A stretch of 64,000 nucleotides of DNA from Candidatus Velthaea sp. GTDB taxonomy: Bacteria > Vulcanimicrobiota > Vulcanimicrobiia > Vulcanimicrobiales > Vulcanimicrobiaceae. The notes beneath the pieces are model-generated. The model was not told where the DNA came from and searched no databases. It was given only the letters and a program-made list of their open reading frames with translations. A program made the position numbers and the translations under genes. This document shows positions 8,923-19,506 of this stretch, piece after piece. The stretch is from NCBI GenBank assembly GCA_965214935.1, contig CBDCCS010000022.1, forward strand, positions 384,001 through 448,000. Reading direction: 5' to 3'. The stretch's first letter is position 1. The number at the start of each line of letters is the position of its first letter.

Positions 8923-11745
8923 ATGACCGATCGACGCCGTGACGAACCGCTCGACATGTATCGTCGCGCGCGCGACGCGATGCTTGGAGCACTCGTCGAA
9001 TTGCAGGCGGTGCTCGAACGAACCGCCGGCTGGCACGATGCTCGGAGCGATCTCGAACAACTCGCGCAAACGATCGCGCGCTTGCGCGATGGGCAATTTA
9101 TTCTTGCAGTCGTCGGCGAATTTTCCAGCGGCAAGTCGTTTCTGCTCAATGCGCTGCTCGGCAAGGTCGAACGCGAAGAGCGACTGGGAACAAAGCGCAT
9201 CGTCGGCCTGCTTGCAACCGATATCAATCCATCCACGGCGACCATTACCGAACTGGTATACGGCAACGCGGAAACGGCGGTTGCATATTATCCGAATGGT
9301 CGGCAAGAACGCATACCGTTGGGGCGGCTTTCCCGCTTTGTTGCCGTCGGCCAAGATGCAAAGCTGCACGACGCGACCGGCAGCGAGCGCGATGCGCCGA
9401 GTCTCGTCCGGGTGCACGTTGAATCGGCGTTTCTTCAGAATGGATTCATCGTTGCCGATACGCCCGGCTTGGCGTCGATCAATCCCGCGCATCGTCGTGC
9501 AACGCTACGATATCTGCCCGGCGCGGACGCCGTCCTTTACTTAGTCGATACGCAACAACCATTTAGCACGGGTGACGCCTCGTTTCTCGGTATCGTGCGG
9601 CGCTACATCGAGACGATTTTCATCGTGCAAACCAAAATCGATCTGTGGCGCATGCGTGACGGCGAGCGTGAAACGTGGCAGAGCGCTGCGGCGCGGATCG
9701 TGGCGCAGGCGGCAATTCACGCACCCGACGTACCGGTTTACCCGCTATCCGCGCGCGACTATGCCGAGGGACTCATCGACGGCGATTCCGCTTTGATCGC
9801 GCAGAGCCGCTTTGCACCGTTTCGCGCCGCCCTCGACGCATCGCTCGTGGCAACAACGGGACGCTCGCGTTTACGCCGGGTCGCCGCACAGGCGCGCCGA
9901 CTCGTCACGCGTGCCGCCGATGCGCTCGCCCGCGAGCGCGTCGCACTCGCGACCGATGAAGCAACGCTGCGCGGCAGCCGCGATACACTTGTACCGGCAC
10001 TCGCTGCAATCGATGAATCGGCACGTGCGGCGCAAACCGCGCTCGAAGAGTCAGGCAGCACGCTCAACGGCTCGGTGGCCGGTCAGGGCAGTGAAATGCT
10101 CGCTCAATTGCGGCGAACGCTCGCACGCGCCTTCGATACCGCCGATATCGCGCGTTTACGAGATCGAGCAAAACTTCACGGCATCGTCGATGATACCTTA
10201 GCCGCCGCGGTCGGCCGCTTTGCCGGCGATGTCGCCGATATGATCGCCGTCGGCCTGCGTGCACAGGCGAAGACGGCCTTGACTACGATCATCGAAACGG
10301 CGCGAGCGGCCGACGGCGCCGGCCGATTGCAGCTGATCCTCGATGCGATCGCCGGCGAGCGGCTTGCGCTAACCGAAGATGCCGCCGCGGCATTCGGCGC
10401 AGACCCGTCGAGCGGCGCGTGGAGCACCGATTTGCAAACCGGCATACGCTCCACGATCGTCCTGGGTGCGCTCGGCGGACCGGCTGTCGGACTAGTCGAT
10501 GCGATCGCGCAGCGCTTTGCCGCAGCGCCGTTCGGTACGTATATGAAGCGCGAATTGCTTGCCGATCTGCGTACGACGCTGCTCGCCGATTTCGATGCCG
10601 AGATGGAGGCGTTCAGCGCCGCCAACGCCGAGCGCGTACAGCTCGTCGCGCACCGGCTGGCCGAACGTGCCGGGACGGTTGCCGGTCGTATCCGTAGCGA
10701 GGCGCTCGAGTCGATCGACAACGCGCTTGCCGCACGCCAAAGCGGGGCCGACATGGCGGCGCTCGATGCTCGCTCGCGCGCCTCCGACGAGGAACTCGCT
10801 CAACTTGCGACGCGCATCGAGACGATTAGTGAAACGTTCGGCAGCGAATCGCGCGCGGCGCGCAACGAGCATGCCGCTTTGCCGGCCGAACCCCGGGCCG
10901 GTGCAATTGCGGTCGTTACTGCCGGCGATGCCCGCTTCGATGCGCAAACATACGAGCACGGTTTACGGCCGGAACGCTGGCGCGTCGCGATCGTTGGTGC
11001 CCTGCGGCGCGGCAAGTCCAGTCTCATCAACACGATTGCGGATGCGCGCGTCTTGCCCGATGAAGGCAGCGACGTTGAAATGCGCTTCCCCGTTCACGTC
11101 CGTTACGGTCCGCTACCAAAGGCGTACGCGCTCGGTGACGACGCAGCCTGGGATCCGATCGACTTCGATATCGCACTCGAAGCAGCCACCCGCACTCCGG
11201 TGCTGATCGAGACGCCATGGGCCTTACCGCGCGAACTCGTCCTCGTTCATACGCCGGCATTCGATTCCGGTCTGCCGGACGCTGAAACGATTGCGTTTGC
11301 CGCTGTCAAGGGTGCCAGCGAACTGCTCGCCCTGTTCTCGCGTCAGCTCTCCGACCTCGAACTCGACGTCTATGGACGGATGGCGAACGTCGGCAAACCG
11401 ATCGCCTTCGTTCACACGATTGCCGACAACGAAGCTTCGGCCGAACGGCGCAATGTCGTCAGTCTGGCCGACCGGTATTTGCGCGAACGTGCGATCGTCC
11501 CGCAGCGCATCTATACGGTTTCGACCCATGAGTATCGTACCGCGCATGGTGCCGGCCGGCCGCCGGCGGCTTGGAATGAACTAGCTGCGTTAACGAGCAC
11601 GCTTGCAACGCATGCCGAAGAGCACATGCTGCGGTTGGAGCGTGCTCGTCAAGGCCGGGCGGAAAACGAGCGCCTTACCCGCAGCCGCGAACCGCAAGGC
11701 GCACGCGCGCCGTCGCTTTTCGAACGGTTATTCGGCCGGCGCTGA
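8923..11745 (+). CDS. Bacterial dynamin-like protein with two GTPase domains (second degenerate)
   Basis: Domain 1: GEFSSGKS, PST, DTPG, TKID. Domain 2: GALRRGKS, HTPAF, HTIAD. Confidence 0.8.
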   Translation: MTDRRRDEPLDMYRRARDAMLGALVELQAVLERTAGWHDARSDLEQLAQTIARLRDGQFILAVVGEFSSGKSFLLNALLGKVEREERLGTKRIVGLLATDINPSTATITELVYGNAETAVAYYPNGRQERIPLGRLSRFVAVGQDAKLHDATGSERDAPSLVRVHVESAFLQNGFIVADTPGLASINPAHRRATLRYLPGADAVLYLVDTQQPFSTGDASFLGIVRRYIETIFIVQTKIDLWRMRDGERETWQSAAARIVAQAAIHAPDVPVYPLSARDYAEGLIDGDSALIAQSRFAPFRAALDASLVATTGRSRLRRVAAQARRLVTRAADALARERVALATDEATLRGSRDTLVPALAAIDESARAAQTALEESGSTLNGSVAGQGSEMLAQLRRTLARAFDTADIARLRDRAKLHGIVDDTLAAAVGRFAGDVADMIAVGLRAQAKTALTTIIETARAADGAGRLQLILDAIAGERLALTEDAAAAFGADPSSGAWSTDLQTGIRSTIVLGALGGPAVGLVDAIAQRFAAAPFGTYMKRELLADLRTTLLADFDAEMEAFSAANAERVQLVAHRLAERAGTVAGRIRSEALESIDNALAARQSGADMAALDARSRASDEELAQLATRIETISETFGSESRAARNEHAALPAEPRAGAIAVVTAGDARFDAQTYEHGLRPERWRVAIVGALRRGKSSLINTIADARVLPDEGSDVEMRFPVHVRYGPLPKAYALGDDAAWDPIDFDIALEAATRTPVLIETPWALPRELVLVHTPAFDSGLPDAETIAFAAVKGASELLALFSRQLSDLELDVYGRMANVGKPIAFVHTIADNEASAERRNVVSLADRYLRERAIVPQRIYTVSTHEYRTAHGAGRPPAAWNELAALTSTLATHAEEHMLRLERARQGRAENERLTRSREPQGARAPSLFERLFGRR

Positions 11746-11784
11746 CCCGAGGGTGCCGCAACCGGTTTCCCGAACCGCTCTCCC

Positions 11785-12951
11785 GTGTCGGATACTTTTA
11801 CCCTCGGCCCCGCCCAAATCGCCGTCGGCGACGGGACGGTTGCACTTGGCCGCTTGGCGATCGAACGCGGCAAGATCGCACGTATCTTGCCCGAGGACGG
11901 TCCGAGCGAGGTGTTGTTGCCGCCCGGCGCGGTCATTGCGCCCGGTTTGATCGACGTTCACACGAACGGCGCCGATGAGTTTCTGTTTAATCGCGATCAA
12001 GGTAACGCCGTCGAAGTGGCGGCCCGCGCGTATGCCCGGATGGGTGCGACCGGCTTCGTCGCATCGGTCATGACGGCTCCCTGGGAGTCAATGATGCACG
12101 CAGCATCTGAGGTTTCCGAAGCCGCTAACGGGCTTGAAGAATCGGCCGAACGCAGCGGCGCGCGCTGCTTGGGCATTCAATTCGAGGGGCCGTTTCTCAA
12201 TCCGAAGTTCCGGCGCGTCCACCGCAGCGAATGGCTCCTGCCTGCGACGATCGAGCGAGCGAACGAGATGATCGAAGCCTGCCGGGGGGCGCTTGTAATG
12301 GTAACGATGGCGCCCGAAGCCGACGGCGTTGAAAATGTCGCACGCATGTTTTTCGATCAAGGCATCGTGTGTTCGGCCGGACACACATCGGCGCACTATC
12401 GCGAAGGGATGCTCGCAATCGGCCTCGGGTTTCGCACCCTCACGCATGCCTTCAACGGTATGCCGCCGCTCGACCATCGCGATCCGTCGCTGCTCGCGGC
12501 GTTTATCCAAGAGTCGCGCACGACCGTGCAACTCATCTGCGACGGTTATCACGTCTCGCCGCCGATGGTCGATATCACGTACCGCACGCTGCGCGACCGG
12601 CTTATTTTGACCACCGATAATATGCCGCCGGCCGGCAGCGGTTACCGGATCGAGGGCGGCGTCGTGCGCGCCGAAGACGGGACGATCGCCGGTAGCGCCT
12701 TGCACATCGATCAGGCCGTTCGCAACCTCATGAGTTACGCCGATATTCCGTTTCAAACCGCGATCGTCAACGCGACGCGCAGCCCGGCGCGTCTGCTCGG
12801 CATCGAACGCGATCTCGGTACGATCGAGCCCGGCAAACGCGCCGACCTTTCGATTTGGGACGCAAGCTACAACGTGCTCGCGACGATCGTCGGCGGCGTC
12901 ACCGTCTACGGCGCATCGCGGCTGTCGAAGCCGTCGCGCGCTCGCGCGTGA
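11785..12951 (+). CDS. nagA: N-acetylglucosamine-6-phosphate deacetylase
   Basis: PGLIDVH, EGPFL, GHT, THAFNGM, CDGYH and GTIAGS motifs. Confidence 0.85.
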   Translation: MSDTFTLGPAQIAVGDGTVALGRLAIERGKIARILPEDGPSEVLLPPGAVIAPGLIDVHTNGADEFLFNRDQGNAVEVAARAYARMGATGFVASVMTAPWESMMHAASEVSEAANGLEESAERSGARCLGIQFEGPFLNPKFRRVHRSEWLLPATIERANEMIEACRGALVMVTMAPEADGVENVARMFFDQGIVCSAGHTSAHYREGMLAIGLGFRTLTHAFNGMPPLDHRDPSLLAAFIQESRTTVQLICDGYHVSPPMVDITYRTLRDRLILTTDNMPPAGSGYRIEGGVVRAEDGTIAGSALHIDQAVRNLMSYADIPFQTAIVNATRSPARLLGIERDLGTIEPGKRADLSIWDASYNVLATIVGGVTVYGASRLSKPSRARA

Positions 12952-12970
12952 GCATCGAAGACACGCGCGG

Positions 12971-13687
12971 TTAGGCCGCGCCGCCTAAATAGGCGGCCTG
13001 TACCGCTTCGCTTGCCATGAGGGCGGCACTCGAATCGCCGCTGACGATCTTACCGACTTCGAGAACGTAGCCGCGGGCAGCGATCTGCAGCGCTTGACGC
13101 GCGTTCTGTTCGATCAGCAGCACCGTCGTGCCGCGCGCGTTGATCTCGCTGATGACGCCGAAGATCGTTTGGACCAGCAACGGTGAGAGCCCCAGCGACG
13201 GCTCATCGAGGAGCAGCACGCTGGGTCGCGACATGAGCGCTCGGCCGATCGCGAGCATTTGCTGCTCGCCGCCCGACATCGTACCGGCTTTCTGATTCAA
13301 GCGCTCTTTAAGCCGCGGAAACGTCGTAAGAATGCGCTCGGTATCGTCGGCGACTTCGCGTTTGGACAGCCGGGTGAAAGCGCCGAGTTCGAGATTCTCA
13401 CGCACCGTCATCCGGGCAAAAACGCGGCGGCCCTCCGGTGAATGGCCGATACCGCGACGCACGATTTGATCGGGCGATATCTTCGTTATGTCGAGCCCGC
13501 GAAAGCGGATCGAACCGCCGGCCGGGTGGATCAGTCCGCTGATCGCGCGCAGCGTGGTCGTTTTACCGGCGCCGTTGGCACCGATGAGCGTCACGATCTC
13601 GCCTTCGTCGACGCTGAGCGAAACGCCGTCGATCGCAGTGATCCGGCCATACCGGCAGACGAGCGATTCAACTTCGAGCAACGCCAC
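12971..13687 (-). CDS. livF: Branched-chain amino acid ABC ATPase
   Basis: GANGAGKTT, MSGGEQQML, LLDEPSLGL. Confidence 0.9.
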   Translation of the reverse strand: MALLEVESLVCRYGRITAIDGVSLSVDEGEIVTLIGANGAGKTTTLRAISGLIHPAGGSIRFRGLDITKISPDQIVRRGIGHSPEGRRVFARMTVRENLELGAFTRLSKREVADDTERILTTFPRLKERLNQKAGTMSGGEQQMLAIGRALMSRPSVLLLDEPSLGLSPLLVQTIFGVISEINARGTTVLLIEQNARQALQIAARGYVLEVGKIVSGDSSAALMASEAVQAAYLGGAA

Positions 13688-14451
13688 TATGCGGGCTTTC
13701 CGAGGTAGGCTTCGATAACGCGCGGATCGCTGCGTACGACGGCGGGCGAACCTTCGGCAATCTTTTGACCTTGATCGAGCACGGTAATGCGTTCGCTAAT
13801 CTGCATCACGAGATTCATGTCGTGTTCGATCAAGAAAACAGTGACGCCGCGTTCGCGAATTCGGGCGATGAGTCCGACAAGATCCGCCTTCTCGCGCGGA
13901 TTCATCCCTGCTGCAGGCTCGTCGAGCAGCAGCAGCTTGGGCTCACCGGCCAATGCTCGGGCGATTTCCAGCCGGCGCTGTAAGCCGTAGGCCAGATTGC
14001 GCGCGTACGATTGCATGTGTTTGCTTAAGTCGACGAACGCGAGCAATTCGCGCGCGCGTTCGCGCGCTCGCAACTCTTCACGCCGTTGCCCGGGCGTGTG
14101 CAGGAGCGAATCGATTAAATTTGCTTTCATGCGCGCGTGTTCGCCGGTCATAACGTTGTCGAGCGCCGACATGAAAGCAAACAGCCGGATATTTTGAAAC
14201 GTGCGTGCGATGCCGAGTGCCGCGATTGCAGCCGTTGGTTTCCCCGTGATGTCGTGGCCGTCGAACGCAATGCGTCCGGCGGATGGTTTATAGATACCGG
14301 TGACAAGGTTGAAGGCCGTGGACTTGCCCGCGCCGTTGGGACCGATCATAGCGACGACCGAACCCGGCTCGATCGTGAAACTCAGATCGTTGACGGCGAC
14401 GAGTCCGCCGAAGCGCTGCGTCACGTGCTCCATCTGCAGGATCGGAATCAC
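13687..14451 (-). CDS. livG: Branched-chain amino acid ABC ATPase
   Basis: GPNGAGKST, RTFQNIRLF, LDEPAAG, EAYLG. Confidence 0.9.
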   Translation of the reverse strand: MIPILQMEHVTQRFGGLVAVNDLSFTIEPGSVVAMIGPNGAGKSTAFNLVTGIYKPSAGRIAFDGHDITGKPTAAIAALGIARTFQNIRLFAFMSALDNVMTGEHARMKANLIDSLLHTPGQRREELRARERARELLAFVDLSKHMQSYARNLAYGLQRRLEIARALAGEPKLLLLDEPAAGMNPREKADLVGLIARIRERGVTVFLIEHDMNLVMQISERITVLDQGQKIAEGSPAVVRSDPRVIEAYLGKPA

Positions 14452-15506
14452 GGCACCGCTTGCGAGAATTGCGTCTGTTCTTGAGCGGCAACGCCGGCGT
14501 CGGTGTCGGCGGCATGCAACTCTGCGGCGCGCTGCCGGCTGGGCAGCAAACCCTCAGGCCGGAACAGCATCATCAGCACGAGAATCGCGCCGTAGATGAG
14601 CAACCGTGAATTGGTCAGATCGATGTTGACGTGCACGGTGTTTTGCAAGAAGCTCGTCGCCTGCGGCAAGATGTACCGGTCGAGCGACGAGATGACGAGA
14701 CTGCCTAAGATCACGCCCGGGATGTTGCCCATTCCGCCGAGCACGAGCATCGAGAGGATCGCAACCGACACGTTGAATTGAAACTGATCGGGCGAGACGA
14801 GCTGCAGTTTTGCACCATAGGCCACACCGGCTAAACCGCTAAAAGACGCACCGAGGGCAAAGGCGGCAAGTTTTGCTCGGGTCGTGTTGATGCCCATGTG
14901 TGCCGCGGCCAGCTCATCTTCCCGGATTGCCATCCAGGAACGGCCGAGCCGGCTATTGCGCAGATTGCTTACCAGGAACACGGCAAGCACGATGAGCGCG
15001 AGCATCAGATAGTAATACGGCGTCACGTTGAAGCCGAACCGGTAACCGAAGAATGTCGGCTGATCGAGCGACCCAATTCCGTTCGGGCCACCTGTCCACT
15101 GCGACAAGTTCAAAAACGTTTGCGGTACGATCTCGCCGAAGCCGAGCGTTACGATTGCCAGATAATCGCCGCGTAATCGCAAGGTCGGCGCACCCAGCAA
15201 AATACCGAACAGCGCGGCAATTGCCGACGCCGCGAAGAGCATGATCCAGAACGGCACGTGAATGCCGAACTGCGGCGACGCCAGCATCGCAAATGCGTAC
15301 GAGCCGATTGCAAAAAAAGCCGCATAGCCGAGATCGAGCAGACCGGCGAACCCGACCACGATGTTGAGCCCCAGTGCCAACAGCACGAACGCGCCCGCAT
15401 CGGCAAGGAAATTCGTGAAAGCACCATTACGCACGACGAGCGGTAATGCGATCGCGGCAACCAAGATTGCGAGCGTTTGATACCGCGTGTTCGCAATGAC
15501 TTTCAT
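14448..15506 (-). CDS. livM: Branched-chain amino acid ABC permease
   Basis: GLLDLGY, RLRGDYLAIVTLGFGEI. Confidence 0.9.
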   Translation of the reverse strand: MKVIANTRYQTLAILVAAIALPLVVRNGAFTNFLADAGAFVLLALGLNIVVGFAGLLDLGYAAFFAIGSYAFAMLASPQFGIHVPFWIMLFAASAIAALFGILLGAPTLRLRGDYLAIVTLGFGEIVPQTFLNLSQWTGGPNGIGSLDQPTFFGYRFGFNVTPYYYLMLALIVLAVFLVSNLRNSRLGRSWMAIREDELAAAHMGINTTRAKLAAFALGASFSGLAGVAYGAKLQLVSPDQFQFNVSVAILSMLVLGGMGNIPGVILGSLVISSLDRYILPQATSFLQNTVHVNIDLTNSRLLIYGAILVLMMLFRPEGLLPSRQRAAELHAADTDAGVAAQEQTQFSQAVP

Positions 15507-15521
15507 CAGAAGTCGCGCTCG

Positions 15522-16433
15522 CTAAACTTTGTTCGGCAGCGACTCGCCCAGCAAACCCGACGGCCGGAAGATCAGCACGAGCACGAGCACCGAGAACACG
15601 ACGACGTTACTCCACTGGTCGGAGATGAATTGCGTCGTCAGCGACTCAATGAGCCCGATGAGGAAACCGCCGAGCATGGCGCCGGCAAGATTGCCGATCC
15701 CGCCCAGGACAGCGGCGGTGAACGCCTTGAGTCCGGCCGAGAAACCGTTGAAGAACCACGTCGAGCCGTAATAGACGCCCGAAACGAAACCGGCCGCGCC
15801 GGCCAGCGCCGAGCCGATCAGAAACGTCAAAGCGATCGTCGTGTTGATGTTGATGCCCATCAACTGTGCCGCATCGCGATCTTGCGCCGTCGCGCGCATC
15901 GCTTTGCCCAGCTTCGTATTGAAGATGAATAGCTGCAACACGATCATCATGACGACCGCCAACACGATCACCAACAGCTGCTTTGCGGCGATCTCGAGCG
16001 GGCCGAGATGGAAAGTCGGATTCGGAATGAGCTGCGGAAACGCGACGGGTGAAGGGCCGCGCCAATACTGCATGATGTTCTCGAGGATGAACGACATGCC
16101 GATCGCGGTGATGAGCGGCGCGAGCCGCGGTGCGTTTCGCAACCGCCGGTAGGCCAGCCGTTCGATGATCACGCCGGTGAGCCCACAGAGCAGCATCGCA
16201 ACAGCGATGGTCAGCACGACGATGCCGACCAGAGCGATGCCGTGGACTTCGCCCGAGACACCAAGTAACGTCAGAACGGCGAGTGAGAAAAACGTACCGA
16301 GCGTATACACGTCGCCATGCGCGAAATTGATGAGTTCGATGATGCCGTACACCATCGTATAGCCGAGCGCTATGAGCGCGTAGATTCCGCCCAGCGACAA
16401 TCCGTTGATGAGTTGCTGGAGGAAGACGTCCAA
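15522..16433 (-). CDS. livH: Branched-chain amino acid ABC permease
   Basis: YALIALGYTMVYG, INFAHG, KAFTAAVLGGIG. Confidence 0.9.
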   Translation of the reverse strand: MDVFLQQLINGLSLGGIYALIALGYTMVYGIIELINFAHGDVYTLGTFFSLAVLTLLGVSGEVHGIALVGIVVLTIAVAMLLCGLTGVIIERLAYRRLRNAPRLAPLITAIGMSFILENIMQYWRGPSPVAFPQLIPNPTFHLGPLEIAAKQLLVIVLAVVMMIVLQLFIFNTKLGKAMRATAQDRDAAQLMGININTTIALTFLIGSALAGAAGFVSGVYYGSTWFFNGFSAGLKAFTAAVLGGIGNLAGAMLGGFLIGLIESLTTQFISDQWSNVVVFSVLVLVLIFRPSGLLGESLPNKV

Positions 16434-16439
16434 GGGGCG

Positions 16440-17681
16440 CTAGCTTTTAACGGTGATGACGTCGACCGTCACAACTTTGCCCGCACTGACTTTTTGCAAG
16501 GTCAAGGCCGGGCTAAGAATATCGCCGTTCTTGTCGAAGCCGATTTGGCCGATCGGTGACGCGAAATCTTTGGTGTCGGTCACGTTCTTCAACACCGCAT
16601 CGCGTTTAGGAATCGTGCCGCCGGAGCTGTCGATCGCTTTTGCAATCGCGGCGATGAGCACGTTGGTTGCGGCGTACGCACTTGCGCTGTAACCGCCGAC
16701 ATCGTGTTTGAAGCGGGTGTTGTACGCGGCAACGAACGTTTTGGCTGTGGCGAGCTTGGTGGCATCGGGCGCTGCAACGCTGAAGTACGCGCCGTTCGCC
16801 ATGCTTCCGGCGGTCGACAAGAATTCCGGATCGCTGATGCCGTCGCCGCCCATGTAGCCGACTTTGCCGAGGCCGACGTCAGCCATCTGCCGGCGGATCA
16901 AGCCTCCGCCCGTAGAAGTGGTTCCGCCGAAAAAAACCACGTCGGGTGAGCTTGATTTGATTTTGGTGAGCAGCGCTTTGAAATCTTGCTGGTTCGCCGT
17001 GATGTGCTCGTGCCCGAGCGACGTGCCGCCGAGCTTCGTCAAGTGCGCCTCGAAGCTGTCGGCTAGACCCTTGCCGTACGTCTCGTTGTCATCGATGATG
17101 AACGCTTTGCCGTAGCCGAGTTTGCGCGCGAATTGAGCCAGCGCGCCGCCTTGATTGCTGTCGTTCGTGCAAACCCGGAAATACGTGTTGATGTCGGGGT
17201 GCGACGAGCGCAACGCTTTCGCGGCATCGCCGACGGTGAGCGCATCACTCGTGTTCGACGGGCTGATCTGCACGAGTCCCGCATCGTTGGTCAACGGAAT
17301 TTCTGATTTCGCTACATTGGAGTTGAACGGCCCGATCATACCGAGCACGTCATTATCGGAGATGAACGTTTTAACGTTTTGGGCACCGGCCGCCGGATCG
17401 TGTTTGCCTTGCACCGCATCGTCGAGCAAAACCGGCGCGAGCTTGAATTTACCGCCCGCGAACCCTTTTGCATTCGCCTGTTCGATTGCGAGCACCGCGC
17501 CGTTTTGCGTCGGAATACCGATCGACGCGTCGGCGCCGCTGACCGGAAAATCGATACCGATCTTTATCGTATCGCCGGCCGGCGCGGACGATGTTCCCGA
17601 CGATGACGTGACCGTCGGTGAATTCGAGCAGCCCGAAAGTGCCGCGGCAAGTATGATTGCGAAAACGGGATGCAGACGCAT
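16440..17681 (-). CDS. livJ: Branched-chain amino acid ABC substrate-binding lipoprotein (LivJ/LivK family)
   Basis: Lipobox LSGC; GPFNS, ISPSNT, YGKGLAD; first gene of the liv operon. Confidence 0.8.
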   Translation of the reverse strand: MRLHPVFAIILAAALSGCSNSPTVTSSSGTSSAPAGDTIKIGIDFPVSGADASIGIPTQNGAVLAIEQANAKGFAGGKFKLAPVLLDDAVQGKHDPAAGAQNVKTFISDNDVLGMIGPFNSNVAKSEIPLTNDAGLVQISPSNTSDALTVGDAAKALRSSHPDINTYFRVCTNDSNQGGALAQFARKLGYGKAFIIDDNETYGKGLADSFEAHLTKLGGTSLGHEHITANQQDFKALLTKIKSSSPDVVFFGGTTSTGGGLIRRQMADVGLGKVGYMGGDGISDPEFLSTAGSMANGAYFSVAAPDATKLATAKTFVAAYNTRFKHDVGGYSASAYAATNVLIAAIAKAIDSSGGTIPKRDAVLKNVTDTKDFASPIGQIGFDKNGDILSPALTLQKVSAGKVVTVDVITVKS

Positions 17682-17721
17682 ATGACTCCTGACGAGGAGC
17701 GAATCGCGCCATCATACGGCT

Positions 17722-18393
17722 TTACGTCACCGGTGTCCCGCTAATGCTGACCGGGCGCGCCGCAGAACCATGATCGGCAACCGCACGCGCAGCGTTCGTC
17801 GCCAGACCGATTGCAAGATCGAGTCCCAGTCGTTCGGTATTGAGAACCAGATCGTAATTGCGGCTGTCGTAGATGTTGCACGCAAAGTAATGTTCCTGAT
17901 AGCGCTTACGGGCCTCATCGGTCCGGCTGATGCGTCGTTGCGCTTCGGCGCGGTCGACGTTCAAGCGTCGCGCCAGCTGGTCGATGCGCCACTGCGTGCC
18001 GGCTTGCAACAGGATGGCCAAGACCCCGATGCCGGCCGGACGCCAGCCGATCAAACTCACACCGCCGTGACCGATGACGACGACGTGACCGTCTTTGGCG
18101 GTATCGAGGATCAGATTGCGTACCCGATCGATAAGCGGATCGTTCGACATGCGCCACTCGGTGTTGAACGGCAGCATCGCCGATGCACGGGCGAGATCGC
18201 TCATCAAGCTCTCGCCGAAGGTCGGCGGCCGTTCGATCGTGCGTGCAACGTAGTCGGACGAAACGCCGTGCCGCTCGGAAATCTTGCTGATTACGGAGCG
18301 CTCGTCGAGCAGCGATGCGCCGAGTTCGCTTGCCAGCGCTTCGCCGATCGTGCCTCCGCCCGAACCGAGTTCTCGCGAGATCATGACGATCAT
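17722..18393 (-). CDS. Cytidylate kinase-like family protein
   Basis: ISRELGSGG P-loop variant, YDLVLNT; ATG 18393 after GAGGTG. Confidence 0.8.
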   Translation of the reverse strand: MIVMISRELGSGGGTIGEALASELGASLLDERSVISKISERHGVSSDYVARTIERPPTFGESLMSDLARASAMLPFNTEWRMSNDPLIDRVRNLILDTAKDGHVVVIGHGGVSLIGWRPAGIGVLAILLQAGTQWRIDQLARRLNVDRAEAQRRISRTDEARKRYQEHYFACNIYDSRNYDLVLNTERLGLDLAIGLATNAARAVADHGSAARPVSISGTPVT

Positions 18394-18591
18394 GTTCACC
18401 TCATCAACGATGCGACGTGCGGCGCACAGGGCGGCTGTAAAATTTCCACGCGCTTTAATTGTGTCGTCCGACGTACCCTGGCGCTTCGGGGGCGATCTGC
18501 CGATGATGCAAGGAAGCGGCCTGCCGATATCCCTCGTAGGGACGAGCACGCCGTCTCCGCTCCGCGCCAGGGAAGGCAGGATCCCCGTTCC

Positions 18592-19488
18592 ATGTTTGTT
18601 GCCATCGGCTGGGCCATCGTCGTCGGTGCCGTTATCGGAAGTTACATTCTTTCCGGCGGACACGTCGCTGCGCTGCTTCAGCCTTTTGAGCTCATGTGTA
18701 TCCTTGGTGCGTCGATCGGCGCCTTTGTCGTAAGCAATCCGGTGAAAATCCTCAAAGCCGTGATCGGTGTGATCCCGAAGTGCTTTGCCGGGCCGGCCTA
18801 CACGAAAAAGAAATACATCGAGATCATCGGTCTGTTGTTCGAGCTGCTGCAGAAAATTCGCACCCAAGGCATGCTGGCGATGGAACCGGACGTTTCAGAT
18901 CCAAAGACCAGTGCGATTTTCTCAAAGTACCCTGCGGTCCTTAAAGATCACCACCTGCTCGACTTCATCGTCGACTATTTTCGTATGATGCTCGAGGGCA
19001 ATGCCGATAAGTCGGCCATCGAAGACCTCATGAACGCCGAGCTCGAGACGCACCATGCGGAGGCGCATGCCCCGGCGGCCGCCGTGCAAGGCATGGCCGA
19101 CGGCCTGCCGGCCTTCGGCATCGTGTCGGCAGTCATGGGCGTCGTGCACACGATGGGTTCCGTTGGTGCCCCGCCGGCGGTTCTAGGTGAGATGATTGCA
19201 GCGGCACTCGTCGGCACATTTCTCGGTATTCTCATGGGCTATGGCTTCGTCGGCCCGCTCGCCAGCGTGATCGCGGCGCGCGCCGCCGACGAAGCCGTCC
19301 CCTATGAGTGCGTCAAATCGATCATCCTCGCGTATCTCGGCGGCTCAGCGCCGGGCGTTGCCGTTGAATACGGCCGCAAGGTACTCTTCGCCGGCGACCG
19401 GCCGAGTTTCAACGAGCTTGACGAAGCAATGAAAGCGACTAAAGAGTCCGCACCGCCGGCTGCTGCGGCTGCCGCCGCGGCCGCTTAA
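18592..19488 (+). CDS. motA: Flagellar stator MotA
   Basis: LLQPFEL, DGLPAFGIV, ALVGTFLGI, VEYGRK; ATG 18592. Confidence 0.92.
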   Translation: MFVAIGWAIVVGAVIGSYILSGGHVAALLQPFELMCILGASIGAFVVSNPVKILKAVIGVIPKCFAGPAYTKKKYIEIIGLLFELLQKIRTQGMLAMEPDVSDPKTSAIFSKYPAVLKDHHLLDFIVDYFRMMLEGNADKSAIEDLMNAELETHHAEAHAPAAAVQGMADGLPAFGIVSAVMGVVHTMGSVGAPPAVLGEMIAAALVGTFLGILMGYGFVGPLASVIAARAADEAVPYECVKSIILAYLGGSAPGVAVEYGRKVLFAGDRPSFNELDEAMKATKESAPPAAAAAAAAA

Positions 19489-19506
19489 CGCGAAGACGGA
19501 AGCACA

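Noticed and set aside
8329..9492. 387-aa antisense ORF (also 4341-5285, 43142-44017, 46649-47458, 58067-58978)
   Set aside because: Antisense shadows of real genes in high-GC DNA, with no recognisable motifs
18499..18530. Sigma-28 promoter for motA (GCCGATGA, GCCGATAT)
   Set aside because: Only -10-like elements; no TAAA -35 at the expected spacing
17770..18867. Long overlapping ORF extensions (572 aa + and 381 aa -)
   Set aside because: Each extension is the antisense shadow of the other gene; the likely starts are 18592 and 18393
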